A DNA stretch of 64,000 nt from Nitrosopumilus sp. (GCA_965205215.1 OZ242041.1:1632001-1696000), one strand, 5' to 3'; shown: positions 51,591-62,638, numbered from the stretch's first letter. Numbers and translations are program-made. Notes: generated by a model from the sequence alone, not told the origin.

Positions 51591-53063
51591 ATGCCAATAG
51601 ACGGGCTCGGCGAGCTTGTAGACGTACTGGAGGAGGAGGGCGAGCTGAGGCGGGTCTCAGCAGAGGTCGATGCCGACCTGGAGGTGGCCGAGATACTGCG
51701 GCGGATCTCATACGGCCCCGAAGGCGGGGACAGGGACGGAGGCCCCGCCATACTCTTTGAGAATGTCAAGGGGCACGAGATGCCGATACTGGGCAACGCG
51801 TTTGGTTCCGCAAGGAGGATGGAGATTGCCCTGGGTACTGCAGACTATACCGAGATCGGCAGGCGCATTGCAGACATGTCCAAGATCAGAATTCCATCAG
51901 GACTGCTCGGCAAGATAAAGAGCCTGCCGGAGCTCTCAAAGATGGCGGGCGCGTTTCCAAAGGAGCCTGTAGAGTCGGGGCCCGTGTCAGAGACCGCGCC
52001 CAAGGGCGCCGGGTTCGACTCCATGCCGATACTGCGCTCGTGGCCGCACGACGCCGGCAGGTTCATTACGTTTGGCATGGTGGCGACACGCCATCCGGAG
52101 ACCGGCGTGCGAAACCTCGGCGTATACCGTATGCAGATAATCGACGGCTCGCGCTGCATCATACACTGGCAAAAGCACAAGCGGGGGGCCGCGCACGGCG
52201 ACATCTCAAGAGAGGCGGGCCAGAAGATACCGGCCGCAATCATAATCGGAGGCGAGCCGGCCACCATATTCTCGGCAGTCGCCCCGGTGCCGGAGGGAAT
52301 GGACAAGTACCTGTTTGCAGGAATAGCGCGCGGAGGCGAGGGGATAAGGACCGTGAAGTGCCGCACGATAGACCTCGACGTGCCGGCAAACGCGGAGATC
52401 GTAATAGAGGGGCACGTGGATCCGTCGGAGCTGGAAGACGAGGGCCCCTTCGGGGATCACACCGGATACTATACCCCTGTCGAGAAGTACCCCGTGTTTA
52501 CCATGACAGGCATGATGGTGCGCAAGAACCCGATATACCTTGCCACCGTGGTGGGCAGGCCCGTGCTGGAGGACGCCTACATCGGAAAGGCCATAGAGAG
52601 ATCATTCCTGCCACTCATACAGATGTTCCACCCCGAGGTGGTCGACTTTGCCATGCCGCCGGCCGGGTGGTTCCAAGGGCTTGCCATCGCATCCATCGCA
52701 AAGCGGTACCCCGGGCAGGCAAAAAAGGTGATGATGGGCCTGTGGAGCATGGGGCAGCTTGCCCTCACGAAGATGATCATAGTGGTCGACGCCGACATCG
52801 ACGTGCACGACATGGAACAGGTGATATGGGCGGTCACCACGAGGGCGGACGCGGCCCACGACACCACCATAATCAGGGACGCCCCCACCGACACGCTAGA
52901 CCCGGCCGCGAGGATAGTGAACCTGGGCTCAAAGCTGGGGATAGACGCGACCCAGAAGACCGCCGCGGAAGGGTACCTGAGGGAGGTGCAGAGGCCAGTG
53001 GAGACGGACGACGCCACCAAAAGGACCGTCGAGAAAAGGTGGAAAGAGTACGGGCTGCCGTGA
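51591..53063 (+). CDS. ubiD: UbiD-family (menaquinone biosynthesis) decarboxylase
   Basis: RNLGVYRMQ, EGPFGDHTGYY, VVD.DIDVHD, DTLDP. Confidence 0.92.
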   Translation: MPIDGLGELVDVLEEEGELRRVSAEVDADLEVAEILRRISYGPEGGDRDGGPAILFENVKGHEMPILGNAFGSARRMEIALGTADYTEIGRRIADMSKIRIPSGLLGKIKSLPELSKMAGAFPKEPVESGPVSETAPKGAGFDSMPILRSWPHDAGRFITFGMVATRHPETGVRNLGVYRMQIIDGSRCIIHWQKHKRGAAHGDISREAGQKIPAAIIIGGEPATIFSAVAPVPEGMDKYLFAGIARGGEGIRTVKCRTIDLDVPANAEIVIEGHVDPSELEDEGPFGDHTGYYTPVEKYPVFTMTGMMVRKNPIYLATVVGRPVLEDAYIGKAIERSFLPLIQMFHPEVVDFAMPPAGWFQGLAIASIAKRYPGQAKKVMMGLWSMGQLALTKMIIVVDADIDVHDMEQVIWAVTTRADAAHDTTIIRDAPTDTLDPAARIVNLGSKLGIDATQKTAAEGYLREVQRPVETDDATKRTVEKRWKEYGLP

Positions 53064-53084
53064 CGCCGCATGCGCCGCGACGCG

Positions 53085-54212
53085 TCACACTGTCCTGTAA
53101 AAGTTGTCGCGCTCTGACGCCTCGTACCCCATCTGGGATATCGCGTTCCGGATTATGTCGCCGGTCAGCTCCGTCGACCGGGCGCCCGTGCAGGACACCA
53201 CCTCCTCGCCTATCAGCGTGCCGCCAAAGTCGTCGGCCCCGTACTGCAGCGCAAGCTGCGCCATGCCGACCCCGTTTGTAAGCCAGGACGACTGTATGTG
53301 GGGTATGGACGCGTCGTATACGAGCCTGGATATCGCAATCATCTTGAGCAGCTGGATGCCGCCTGAGCCGAACTCGGACGTCACAATCTTGTCGACCAGC
53401 CCGTCCCTCTGCATCGGGGTGTTGCCGGGCTCAAAGTTCCACGGTATGAACGCCATAAACCCGCCCGTCTCCTCCTGCAGCTTGGCAATCTCGAAGAAGT
53501 GGTCCGCGATGTCAGACGTGGTCTCCGCATGCCCGTACATCATAGTGGCCGACGACGGCAGTCCAAGCGAGTGCGCCTCCCTCATTATGCGCAGCCAGTC
53601 GGAGCTTGAGATCTTTTTGGGGCTTATGGCGTCCTTGACGTCGTCACTCAGTATCTCGGCGCCGGCCCCTGGCACGGACTGCAGTCCGGCCTCCTTGAGG
53701 CGCGAGAGCACCTCCGCGGTAGACGACCGCTCCACCCGGGCAACCATGTCTATCTCCGACGGGGAGAGCGCGTGCACGCCCACGCCCGGGTAACTGTCGC
53801 GAATCATGCGGAACGCCTCCTCAAAGTACTCGATGCCCAGCTTGGGGTTGTGCCCTCCTTGGAAGAGGACCTGGCGTATGCCGAACATCTCGTGCGCGGT
53901 CTTCACCCTGGCCCTGATCTGCGAGATGTCAAGTGTATAGGACTCGTCGTGCCCGGGCGGCCTGTAAAAGGCGCAAAACGTGCAGTCCGTTATACAGACG
54001 TTGGTGTAATTGAGTATGATGTTGTTCACGTACGTGGCCCTGCGCCCAAAGCGCCTCTGCACGAGGTGCCGGGCCGCCATTCCCATCAGGTGGACGTCGT
54101 CGGACTTCAAGAGCCGCATGCAGTCATGCCTGTCAGGGGCGTGCCCCGCAACTACCCTCTCAAGTATGTCCCCAATCTCGCTCTGGTGCAGCTGCGCAGT
54201 GACCAATCCCAT
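53085..54212 (-). CDS. mqnC: Radical SAM dehypoxanthine futalosine cyclase (CofH/MqnC family)
   Basis: NYTNVCITDCTFCAF, QGGHNP, PGAGAEIL, ATMMYGH, QSSW. Confidence 0.82.
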   Translation of the reverse strand: MGLVTAQLHQSEIGDILERVVAGHAPDRHDCMRLLKSDDVHLMGMAARHLVQRRFGRRATYVNNIILNYTNVCITDCTFCAFYRPPGHDESYTLDISQIRARVKTAHEMFGIRQVLFQGGHNPKLGIEYFEEAFRMIRDSYPGVGVHALSPSEIDMVARVERSSTAEVLSRLKEAGLQSVPGAGAEILSDDVKDAISPKKISSSDWLRIMREAHSLGLPSSATMMYGHAETTSDIADHFFEIAKLQEETGGFMAFIPWNFEPGNTPMQRDGLVDKIVTSEFGSGGIQLLKMIAISRLVYDASIPHIQSSWLTNGVGMAQLALQYGADDFGGTLIGEEVVSCTGARSTELTGDIIRNAISQMGYEASERDNFYRTV

Positions 54213-54532
54213 GCACCGGATGTACGGAATTTTCTATTTAATTCTTGACGATGGCGCGCTCCAGCATACCAAGTGGCCACGTGCGCGGCAAGCCGCGAGA
54301 GACGCCCCTTGTCCCCTCTCGTACCGCCGGCTTTGATGCGGGCAGATCCGAGGACTTGCGTCTCGGGGGATTCCCCGAGATGCCTGCCGCATGCGGCGCA
54401 TACGTTACGCGATGCCAAGAACAGAAGGCGCCTGGTCGTAAAGTGGGATCTGGAGGGAGGAGGGCGGGGGCGGAAGGGGGAGGGCGGGGGGAACCTATAT
54501 TGTTTTTAAGTGGGAAGCCCGGAGCCGGTGTG

Positions 54533-55321
54533 ATGGTGACAGGCGTCCAGCTCCGAATGGCCAGGATAATGCGCCGCGGCCGCATGCTCTGCATACCCAT
54601 GGATCATGGGATATCAAACGGGCCGATAGAGGGGCTTGAGGATCCCGCCTCAGTCATATACAGGTGCCAGAACAGGGGTATAACCAGCGTCATAGTCAAC
54701 AAGGGAGTCATAAAGGCGCTTCCAGAGCCCGTGCCACGCATAGGGGTGCTGGTGCACTTTTCAAGCAGCACGTCGCTCTCCACGTCCCCGAATCGCAAGA
54801 TGCTGACTGGGACGGTCAAGGAGGCAGTCGCGCTGGGCGCAGACGGCGTGTCGCTGCACATCAACGTGGGCGGCAAGGAGGAGCCGGAGATGCTAGAGCA
54901 GCTCGGGATGACTGCGGCCGCATGCCACAGGTGGAACATGCCGCTGCTTGCAATGATGTATCCGAGGGGCGAGAACATCAGCGATCCGCACGACCCGGCC
55001 GTGGTGGCCCACGCGGCCCGCATCGGGGCCGAGTGCGGGGCGGACATCGTAAAGACCGTATACACGGGGGATGCCGCGTCCTTTGCAAAGATAGTAAAGA
55101 GCACGCCGGTGCCCATAGTGATAGCCGGAGGTCCAAAGGCGGAGACGGACATGGATCTGCTCCAGATGACGGAGGATGCCATGAGGGCGGGCGCCGCCGG
55201 GGTCACGTACGGCAGGAACATATTTGCGCACGGCGCGCCCGAGAGAATGGTCGACGCGCTTGCCGCGGTCATATTCAAGGGGGCAAAGGCGACGGAGGCG
55301 GCAAAAAAGCTTGGCCAGTGA
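54533..55321 (+). CDS. aroA': 2-amino-3,7-dideoxy-D-threo-hept-6-ulosonate synthase
   Basis: PMDHG, PLLAMMYPRG, GADIVKT, AGGPK, GRNIF; upstream of DHQ synthase II. Confidence 0.9.
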   Translation: MVTGVQLRMARIMRRGRMLCIPMDHGISNGPIEGLEDPASVIYRCQNRGITSVIVNKGVIKALPEPVPRIGVLVHFSSSTSLSTSPNRKMLTGTVKEAVALGADGVSLHINVGGKEEPEMLEQLGMTAAACHRWNMPLLAMMYPRGENISDPHDPAVVAHAARIGAECGADIVKTVYTGDAASFAKIVKSTPVPIVIAGGPKAETDMDLLQMTEDAMRAGAAGVTYGRNIFAHGAPERMVDALAAVIFKGAKATEAAKKLGQ

Positions 55322-56435
55322 CGGTTCGGCGACGGCGTCCGGAAAGGAGCTGATAGTACAGCCCAAGCAGAAGAGCAGAAAACAGCGGGGGGAGTTCCTA
55401 GCACAGCTGCAGGCAGAGGGCCTGCAGACGGCATATGCCGACCCGAGCATTGCCGCAGGCGGGGGAGGAAAAAAGAAGAGCGGCCTCAAGACGATGTTTG
55501 CGGACGCGGGCGCCGACTACGTGGTGCTTGCCGGAGGCCGCGGCCCGAAAAGGCCGGCCTCGCCGCCAAGGAGAAGGGGCGGCAAGAGGTACGGCATGCG
55601 CTTTAAGATTACGTCGAACGCGGACATCGAGGACGTGCTGAGTGTCGCGGCAAGCAAGAGGCTCGACTTTGTCATAGTGGACGTAAAGGACTGGAAGATC
55701 ATACCGCTTGAGAACATCATAGCAAAGCTGCACAAGATGAGCACGAGGATAATCGCGCTTGCCCGCACGCCGGCCGAGGTTCGCAAGATGTTCTCCATAC
55801 TTGACGTAGGGGTGGACGGAGTGATATTCGCCGCGTCGTCCATATCCCAGGTGCGGGAGGTCATGCTTTACATGGGCGGCAGAAGCTTCGGGATGGAGGC
55901 GGCCGCCATAACCGAGATAAAGGAGGTGGGCGACGGCGAGCGCGTCTGCGTGGATACGGCCTCGATGCTCAAGAAGGGCGAGGGCATGCTTATCGGGAGC
56001 CGGTCAAACTTTATGTTCCTAGTCCACAACGAGTCGGTCGGCTCGTCGTTTACGTCGCCGAGGCCGTTCCGCGTGAACGCCGGGGCGGTCCACTGCTATA
56101 CCCCGTCGCCGGACGGCACCACAAAGTACCTCTCGGAGATAGAGACGGGTTCAGAGGTGCTCATACTCACGCCGGAGGGCCACGCGAGGAGGGCAGCGGT
56201 GGGAAGGTCAAAGATAGAGCGCAGGCCCATGCTCATGATAAAGGCCGAGGCGGCCGGCGAGATCGGCGGCATCATAGCGCAGGACGCGGAGACGATCAGG
56301 TTTGTAAAGCCGGGCGGGAGGCTGGTCTCCGTCACGCACCTCAAGGTGGGCGACAAGGTGATGGTGCACGCCCGCAGGGCTGCGGGCAGGCACTTTGGCA
56401 TGGAGGTCGCCGACGAGTACATTTTAGAAAAGTGA
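55311..56435 (+). CDS. aroB': 3-dehydroquinate synthase II
   Basis: WKIIPLEN, GERVCVDT, RPFRVNAGAVH, GRHFGM...ILEK. Confidence 0.93.
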   Translation: MASDGSATASGKELIVQPKQKSRKQRGEFLAQLQAEGLQTAYADPSIAAGGGGKKKSGLKTMFADAGADYVVLAGGRGPKRPASPPRRRGGKRYGMRFKITSNADIEDVLSVAASKRLDFVIVDVKDWKIIPLENIIAKLHKMSTRIIALARTPAEVRKMFSILDVGVDGVIFAASSISQVREVMLYMGGRSFGMEAAAITEIKEVGDGERVCVDTASMLKKGEGMLIGSRSNFMFLVHNESVGSSFTSPRPFRVNAGAVHCYTPSPDGTTKYLSEIETGSEVLILTPEGHARRAAVGRSKIERRPMLMIKAEAAGEIGGIIAQDAETIRFVKPGGRLVSVTHLKVGDKVMVHARRAAGRHFGMEVADEYILEK

Positions 56436-57148
56436 TGGCTTCAAAAAAGAACAGGTACAGCACGTGCGTCTCAGTGGCAAAGGGCGGCCCCGCGGCGATG
56501 CGCAGGGCGCTCTTGGAGGCGCTCAGGAGATCAGAGTACGCGGAGGCGCGGCTCGACTATATGAGGCCCGACGACATGCAGGGACTGCTCGACTCGCTGC
56601 CGCCGGACCTTTTGAGGAGGCGCATAGTCTGCACCATACGAAACAGGCGGGACGGCGGCAGGTACGAGGGGCGAGAGGGGGCCAGGTACGACATGCTCGG
56701 CAGGGTAGCCGCGTACAGGCCGTTTATGCTAGACGTCGAGTACGACGCGCTCAAGAGGAGCAGGAGGCTGGCAGGCGCGCTGCATGCGAGCGGCGCCCGC
56801 CTGTTGGTCTCGTGGCACAGCTTTGCGCGCACCCCGTCGCCTGACGCGCTGCACAGAAGAATGCAGGGGATGTTTAGATACTCGGACCACGTCAAACTCG
56901 CATGCATGGCAAGGAATGCAGATGAGTCAATACGCATGCTCGAGCTGTACAGGCAGATTGGCAGCGGTGGCTCGGGCGGAGGCAGTAGAACCCTCATATC
57001 GTTTGCAATGGGCGACGCGGGCAGGCTGACACGCGTGCTCTGCATGCAGCTGGGAAGCCCTTACGCGTACGTGTCGCTCGGCAGGGCCGTGGCCCCGGGG
57101 CAGCTCTCGCTTGAGGAGTTCAGGCGGCTGGGCAGCATGCTCAAGTGA
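56432..57148 (+). CDS. aroD: Type I 3-dehydroquinate dehydratase
   Basis: E.RLD, TIR..DGG, SWH.F..TP, KLA, AMG..G, APGQ. Confidence 0.9.
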   Translation: MMASKKNRYSTCVSVAKGGPAAMRRALLEALRRSEYAEARLDYMRPDDMQGLLDSLPPDLLRRRIVCTIRNRRDGGRYEGREGARYDMLGRVAAYRPFMLDVEYDALKRSRRLAGALHASGARLLVSWHSFARTPSPDALHRRMQGMFRYSDHVKLACMARNADESIRMLELYRQIGSGGSGGGSRTLISFAMGDAGRLTRVLCMQLGSPYAYVSLGRAVAPGQLSLEEFRRLGSMLK

Positions 57149-57657
57149 CGTGCCACTGGGAGCGGATGGCTCGATCACGCCGCGGCGCAGGGTGCCGGAC
57201 GCGGCGGCTCCACGCGCACAAAAAATCTATTAGTTCCAAGGACGGATACACATCATTGGAGTCGGAACCCCGCACGGTCATCATATACGACAACCTGTGC
57301 TCCCTCTGCACCGCGTTTGCACGGTGCGCATGCGCGCTGTCAAGGGGCAGGCTCAGGCCCGTCGGACACTACTCGCAGGAGGGCGAGGGGGCGTACAGGG
57401 ACGCGCTGGGCGTCGACGCGCTCAAGATGTTCTGGATTGTAAGCGGGGACATGGCCTTTGGCGGGAGGGCGGCCCTGCGTCCGCTGCTCTCCGAGATTGC
57501 AAGGGGGGTGTACCGCGCGCCGCGCGACAGGGACGCAGTCGCGCCACCGGACTCAGGCTGCGGCAGGTCAGACTGCAGCGGCCCAAAAAAGGCCATTGCG
57601 AGGTCGGCAAGCCTGATCCTCAACAGCAAAAGGATCTGCATTCGGAACCCAGAATGA
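57145..57657 (+). CDS. DCC1-like thiol-disulfide oxidoreductase family protein (start likely about 57256)
   Basis: IIYDNLCSLC motif. Confidence 0.65.
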   Translation: MTCHWERMARSRRGAGCRTRRLHAHKKSISSKDGYTSLESEPRTVIIYDNLCSLCTAFARCACALSRGRLRPVGHYSQEGEGAYRDALGVDALKMFWIVSGDMAFGGRAALRPLLSEIARGVYRAPRDRDAVAPPDSGCGRSDCSGPKKAIARSASLILNSKRICIRNPE

Positions 57658-57811
57658 CTGGCAGCCGCAGAACCTGGATCCGCTCCAAAGGTTTCTGGAA
57701 ATGAGCCGCGGGTGCGGCATCAGTGCCGCATACCGGCAGAGCGCCGCGCAGCGTGGGCGCCGCGACACGCGCAGGCGTCCCAGTTGGGTGACTGCACCGC
57801 CGTACGGCACA

Positions 57812-57827
57812 GAAAAAATAAAAAAAT
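57812..57827 (-). terminator. Oligo-T terminator of the metallothionein-like gene
   Basis: A-tracts on the plus strand just beyond the stop codon. Confidence 0.65.
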
Positions 57828-57832
57828 CAGTT

Positions 57833-57967
57833 CTAGTGCTCTGTGCTCTTGCAGGGATCACCACTGCAATCACATGTTGAATCACAGTAGCATTCGCTCT
57901 GCATCGAGCAGTCACATTCTGTGTTGTTTTCCGCTTGCGCGGCACAACCGCATGCTGCATCCGACAT
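57833..57967 (-). CDS. Metallothionein-like protein, 44 aa (MSDAACGCAAQAENNTECDCSMQSECYCDSTCDCSGDPCKSTEH)
   Basis: Manual translation; 9 Cys with four CxC pairs; TATA and terminator; Cys spacing identical to the tail of 28395-29771. Confidence 0.85.
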   Translation of the reverse strand: MSDAACGCAAQAENNTECDCSMQSECYCDSTCDCSGDPCKSTEH

Positions 57968-57989
57968 GACGTGCAGATATCTTAATACA

Positions 57990-58001
57990 TTTTAAAAGTT
58001 T
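57990..58001 (-). promoter_or_regulatory. BRE/TATA core AAACTTTTAAAA
   Basis: 22 nt upstream of ATG 57967, as for the gene at 43779. Confidence 0.7.
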
Positions 58002-58111
58002 AGTTTATTAACTTGGACTCAAAAATTAATAATTATCTCGACCGCGGGGAATAAAACAAGCTAACACAACCAGACGGATGCAGCCGGGCTTTCAGCCCAT
58101 GCAAGGCAGGA

Positions 58112-59302
<1,191 letters not shown>

Positions 59303-59417
59303 ATGCATCACATGCCCCCATGCGTGTATAAAGAGATCAGCAGATACGCATCCACATCCGTGCGCGTCGCAACCGAAAGCATTTCCTTTAAATTGAGACA
59401 TTCCAGTTTTCAATCTA

Positions 59418-59495
59418 GCTCCCATAGTGTAGTCCGGTTAAGCATACTGCCCTCTCAAGGCAGTGACTCGGGTTCAAATCCCGATGGGAGCACCA
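59418..59495 (+). tRNA. tRNA-Glu(CTC) with encoded CCA
   Basis: GCTCCCA/TGGGAGC acceptor, CTGCC-CTCTCAA-GGCAG, GGTTCAAATCC. Confidence 0.95.
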
Positions 59496-59626
59496 ATCGT
59501 ACCAGAACGCGGGAACGGTTCCTGCCCGGCCATCATTCCAGACTACAGGTGCAGTGCGACTCCCCTATCGCCGCAAACTCCGCGGCACGCATTACGTTTT
59601 AAATAACAACATTTCTTCTGCATATC

Positions 59627-60283
59627 GTGGCTACATTTCTTGACATAGGACTGAAAGAAGAGTACCGCTCAGACGAAGACGACCTCGTCAAGGATTTTTT
59701 CATACCGTGCTTTAGCAAGTGCGTCGAATACGACAGATGCATAGAATACCTGTCAATCGACATGCTCAAGACGGTATTTGACGTATATGACAATTTCAGG
59801 CAAGGCGCCGCAAAGATGAGGCTGATGGCGGGGCACAGGTTCAGGCCGACTGACCTGGATCTTCTCACAGTGCTGCTCTCAAAGTCGAGAAACCCGTTTG
59901 AGAAGAGGAACATAAAAGACGAAAAGCTACGGCTCGTGCGCAGGGCCTTTGAAAGGGGCCAGATAGAGCTCAAGATCGGCATCTCAAACGACATAAAGAT
60001 CAGCGACAAGTTCTCTGAAAAGCTCGGCATATACAGGGACAGTCACGGCCACGTGATAGCTTACGTAAGCACGGCAAAGAGCTCCTTTGACATAAATAAG
60101 AAGGAGTTTGAGTCGATAGAGGTCTTTACATCGTGGGGCGATGCCACAAGGGTAAAGCGCAAGATGCAGATATTTGAGAGGCTTTGGCGCAACAGGGTCA
60201 AGCACATAGACGTGCACGGCTTTGAGTACGCGGCGAAAAATGGCTACCTGAAATACTGGAAAGAATGGCTCATGCATGAGTGA
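59627..60283 (+). CDS. Stand-alone PLD-like domain resembling the N-terminus of SF2 restriction/repair helicases
   Basis: YRS..DDLV.DFFIP, YDR, FSEKLGI..D, FESIEVF.SW, FERLW.N. Confidence 0.75.
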   Translation: MATFLDIGLKEEYRSDEDDLVKDFFIPCFSKCVEYDRCIEYLSIDMLKTVFDVYDNFRQGAAKMRLMAGHRFRPTDLDLLTVLLSKSRNPFEKRNIKDEKLRLVRRAFERGQIELKIGISNDIKISDKFSEKLGIYRDSHGHVIAYVSTAKSSFDINKKEFESIEVFTSWGDATRVKRKMQIFERLWRNRVKHIDVHGFEYAAKNGYLKYWKEWLMHE

Positions 60284-60303
60284 GTGAGTGAGTGAGTGAG
60301 TGA
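60277..60303. repeat. (TGAG)6 microsatellite over the stop codon
   Basis: Direct reading. Confidence 0.9.
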
Positions 60304-60313
60304 CACAGGCGCG

Positions 60314-60961
60314 TCAGCGCAGCAAGTCTTGTAAAACGCGGCCTTTGTTCTCCCTAAACTCGACTGTGCCGATGCGATAATATATGATCTCGCCGTGCCT
60401 GTCCACGACTGCCATTATGGGCTCCTTTCCCATCTGGGTTATCTCGCGTATCTTTTTTTGCAAATGCACCATCTTTTCCGGCCTGCCCTCGACAAGTCCG
60501 AAAATGAGAATCTTGGAGCCCTTTTGTCCGAAATGCCCCCGCTCATACACGCGAAAATCTGCGCCGAATCCGAACCCGTCCTTTGCCACGTAGCCGCGGG
60601 AGCGCAGATCCCGGTATATGAGAAAGCGCGTCAGTATGTCCGGGTCATGCCTGCGGCACATGCTCAGAAACGCCTCGAATGTCAGGAGCCTCTTTGAGCG
60701 GAAGAGCGTCAGCCGGCCCGTGTGCATCAGATACAGGGCCTCAAAGGATTCGAGAAACAGTCGGGCGTCCACGTCGTCGCCACCGCCATCATCATCATCA
60801 CCGTCCTGCCCGTCAGTCCAGCCGAACCCCTTCTCAACCAGCTCGCGCGCTGCCTGCGCATCCGTAATGCACGGGCGCGGCATCGGCGACGCGGAGGACG
60901 GGGTTGGCGACATCACAACCGTTCCCCGAATATTTCCCCCCACATCGATCTCGTCGTTCAC
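60314..60961 (-). CDS. endA: tRNA-intron endonuclease
   Basis: EALYL, YRDLRSRGY, G.GFGADFRVY, AVVD..GEI.YY. Confidence 0.88.
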   Translation of the reverse strand: MNDEIDVGGNIRGTVVMSPTPSSASPMPRPCITDAQAARELVEKGFGWTDGQDGDDDDGGGDDVDARLFLESFEALYLMHTGRLTLFRSKRLLTFEAFLSMCRRHDPDILTRFLIYRDLRSRGYVAKDGFGFGADFRVYERGHFGQKGSKILIFGLVEGRPEKMVHLQKKIREITQMGKEPIMAVVDRHGEIIYYRIGTVEFRENKGRVLQDLLR

Positions 60962-61133
60962 TAGGACAGCATTTGAGCAGATTCCATATTAAGTGTGGCA
61001 GCACGTGCGGGTTTGCAGGGCCGTGCCGCGGGCGCGGACGGACCAATGCGGCAGGAAAGGACCGGCCGCAAGCGTCCGCACGCACGCAGCAAACAAGCTT
61101 AAAATATCTCGCGGGATGCCTCGGACACATAGC

Positions 61134-61604
61134 ATGAGCGCAGAGGCAACCCCGACATCAAGCCACGCGTACGGAGTGGGAGTGATTGCGTTGATAATCG
61201 CGCTGTCGGCCACCACGGTCTTTTACACCTCGTACTACCTGCCCGAATCGCTTGCAAAACCGTCCGTATCAGAACATATACTCCATCCCGAGGAGACTCT
61301 TGTAATCGACATTGTAGAGGGCGCCCTTATAGAAGGCAACGACAACTACATACCAAACAGCCCCACCGCGTACCTGACCATCAACAACCTGGTCAAGTGG
61401 ACAAACAGCGACGGGACGGCGCACACGGTCACGCCGGACCACAGGCACGCGGACTCCTACAGCGGCGACTTTGGCTCAGACGGCGTGATGATGCCGGGCG
61501 ACGAGTACGAGTTCCTGTTCACCGAGCCGCAGGTGGTGACCTACCACTGCACCCCCCACCCGTGGATGAAGGGCACCATAACCGTGGAGAAGAGCAGGTT
61601 CTAG
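61134..61604 (+). CDS. Membrane-anchored cupredoxin (plastocyanin/azurin family)
   Basis: W.N.D..AHTVT, YHCTPHPWMKG. Confidence 0.92.
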   Translation: MSAEATPTSSHAYGVGVIALIIALSATTVFYTSYYLPESLAKPSVSEHILHPEETLVIDIVEGALIEGNDNYIPNSPTAYLTINNLVKWTNSDGTAHTVTPDHRHADSYSGDFGSDGVMMPGDEYEFLFTEPQVVTYHCTPHPWMKGTITVEKSRF

Positions 61605-61705
61605 CCCGCGCACAGCGGATCGCGCCGCCAGGTGCCGTTCTGGCGCAGGCACCAGAATCCGGCTCTTCCTTAACCGTTAAAATAAGGGGATCAGACGGCC
61701 AGTGC

Positions 61706-62215
61706 ATGCACGGGGCCAATTACCGCAACGGCACAGGACAGCCGTTTACGCGCAAGGAGTACATAAAGGGAAAGCCGCAGATAAAGATAGCAAAGTTCCA
61801 GGGAGGCAAAAGGGGCACGTACCAATACTGCGTGCAGCTGCTCATAAACGAGACCATGCAGATCAGGCACATGGCAATAGAATCGACCCGACTGGCCGCA
61901 AACAAGACGCTTGAAAAGACGACCGGCGAGACCGGATACTATTCGCGCCTGAGGATATATCCGCACAACCTCCTGCGCGAGAACAAGATGATAGCCGCGG
62001 CGGGAGCAGACAGGCTCCAAGAGGGCATGCGCAGGGCCTGGGGCAAGGCGACTAGCCTGGGCGCAAGGGTCAAGCAGGGACAGTGCATAATGGAACTGTA
62101 CGTCAACGGGGACGACCACCGCGAGGCGGCAAAGAAGGCGCTAAAAGCCGCATGCGTAAAGCTTCCCGGTACCCCAGCAATACAGGTGGTCAGCTGGAAC
62201 AAGCCGTCGCCCTAG
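61706..62215 (+). CDS. rpl10e: 50S ribosomal protein L16/L10e
   Basis: TRKEYIKG.P, QIRH.AIE..R, GADRLQEGMR.AWGK. Confidence 0.95.
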   Translation: MHGANYRNGTGQPFTRKEYIKGKPQIKIAKFQGGKRGTYQYCVQLLINETMQIRHMAIESTRLAANKTLEKTTGETGYYSRLRIYPHNLLRENKMIAAAGADRLQEGMRRAWGKATSLGARVKQGQCIMELYVNGDDHREAAKKALKAACVKLPGTPAIQVVSWNKPSP

Positions 62216-62538
62216 CAGAGGGCTGACGCGTCGCGCCACCAACCGTGCTTCTGCATGAGATCTGCAAACTCCTCAAACTCTTTTGGGGTCGGATCCCTGC
62301 GCAGCTGGCGCCGGGTCTGATAATAAAACGCATTGTACAACCTTCCTGCCGCAATGCCTGCCGCAACGTAGCGAATGCGGTCCGCGTCGGCCGCGGCAGC
62401 GGTGCCACCGTAACCACTACCAGCGCCTTCATCCCCCAGCCCCGCGGCAACCAGCCGTGCAAGCCTGCACACCTCGTCACGGTTTGACTCTGTTTCGGCC
62501 GCCTTTTCACGTAGTTTTTTCATAATCGCGTCATTCAT
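62212..62538 (-). CDS. Hypothetical protein
   Basis: GI..GRLYNAFYYQTRR.L.R.PT..EF.EF. Confidence 0.7.
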   Translation of the reverse strand: MNDAIMKKLREKAAETESNRDEVCRLARLVAAGLGDEGAGSGYGGTAAAADADRIRYVAAGIAAGRLYNAFYYQTRRQLRRDPTPKEFEEFADLMQKHGWWRDASALC

Positions 62539-62638
62539 GCGCGTACAGCAAGCGCGCCACTAAAAAGCATGATCGTCAGACGCGCGGCAACCCACGCGGG
62601 CATCCCAATTCTCAAGCTATAAATCACCTGCGCGGGTA

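Noticed and set aside
53085-54212. CofH call because of nearby cof genes
   Set aside because: Adjacency to ubiD and the QGGHNP motif favour MqnC; the family assignment remains moderately uncertain.
57568-57969. Track ORFs 57568-57960 (-) and 57712-57969 (+)
   Set aside because: Alternative frames over the 44-aa Cys-rich gene, which alone has a promoter, a terminator and homologs.
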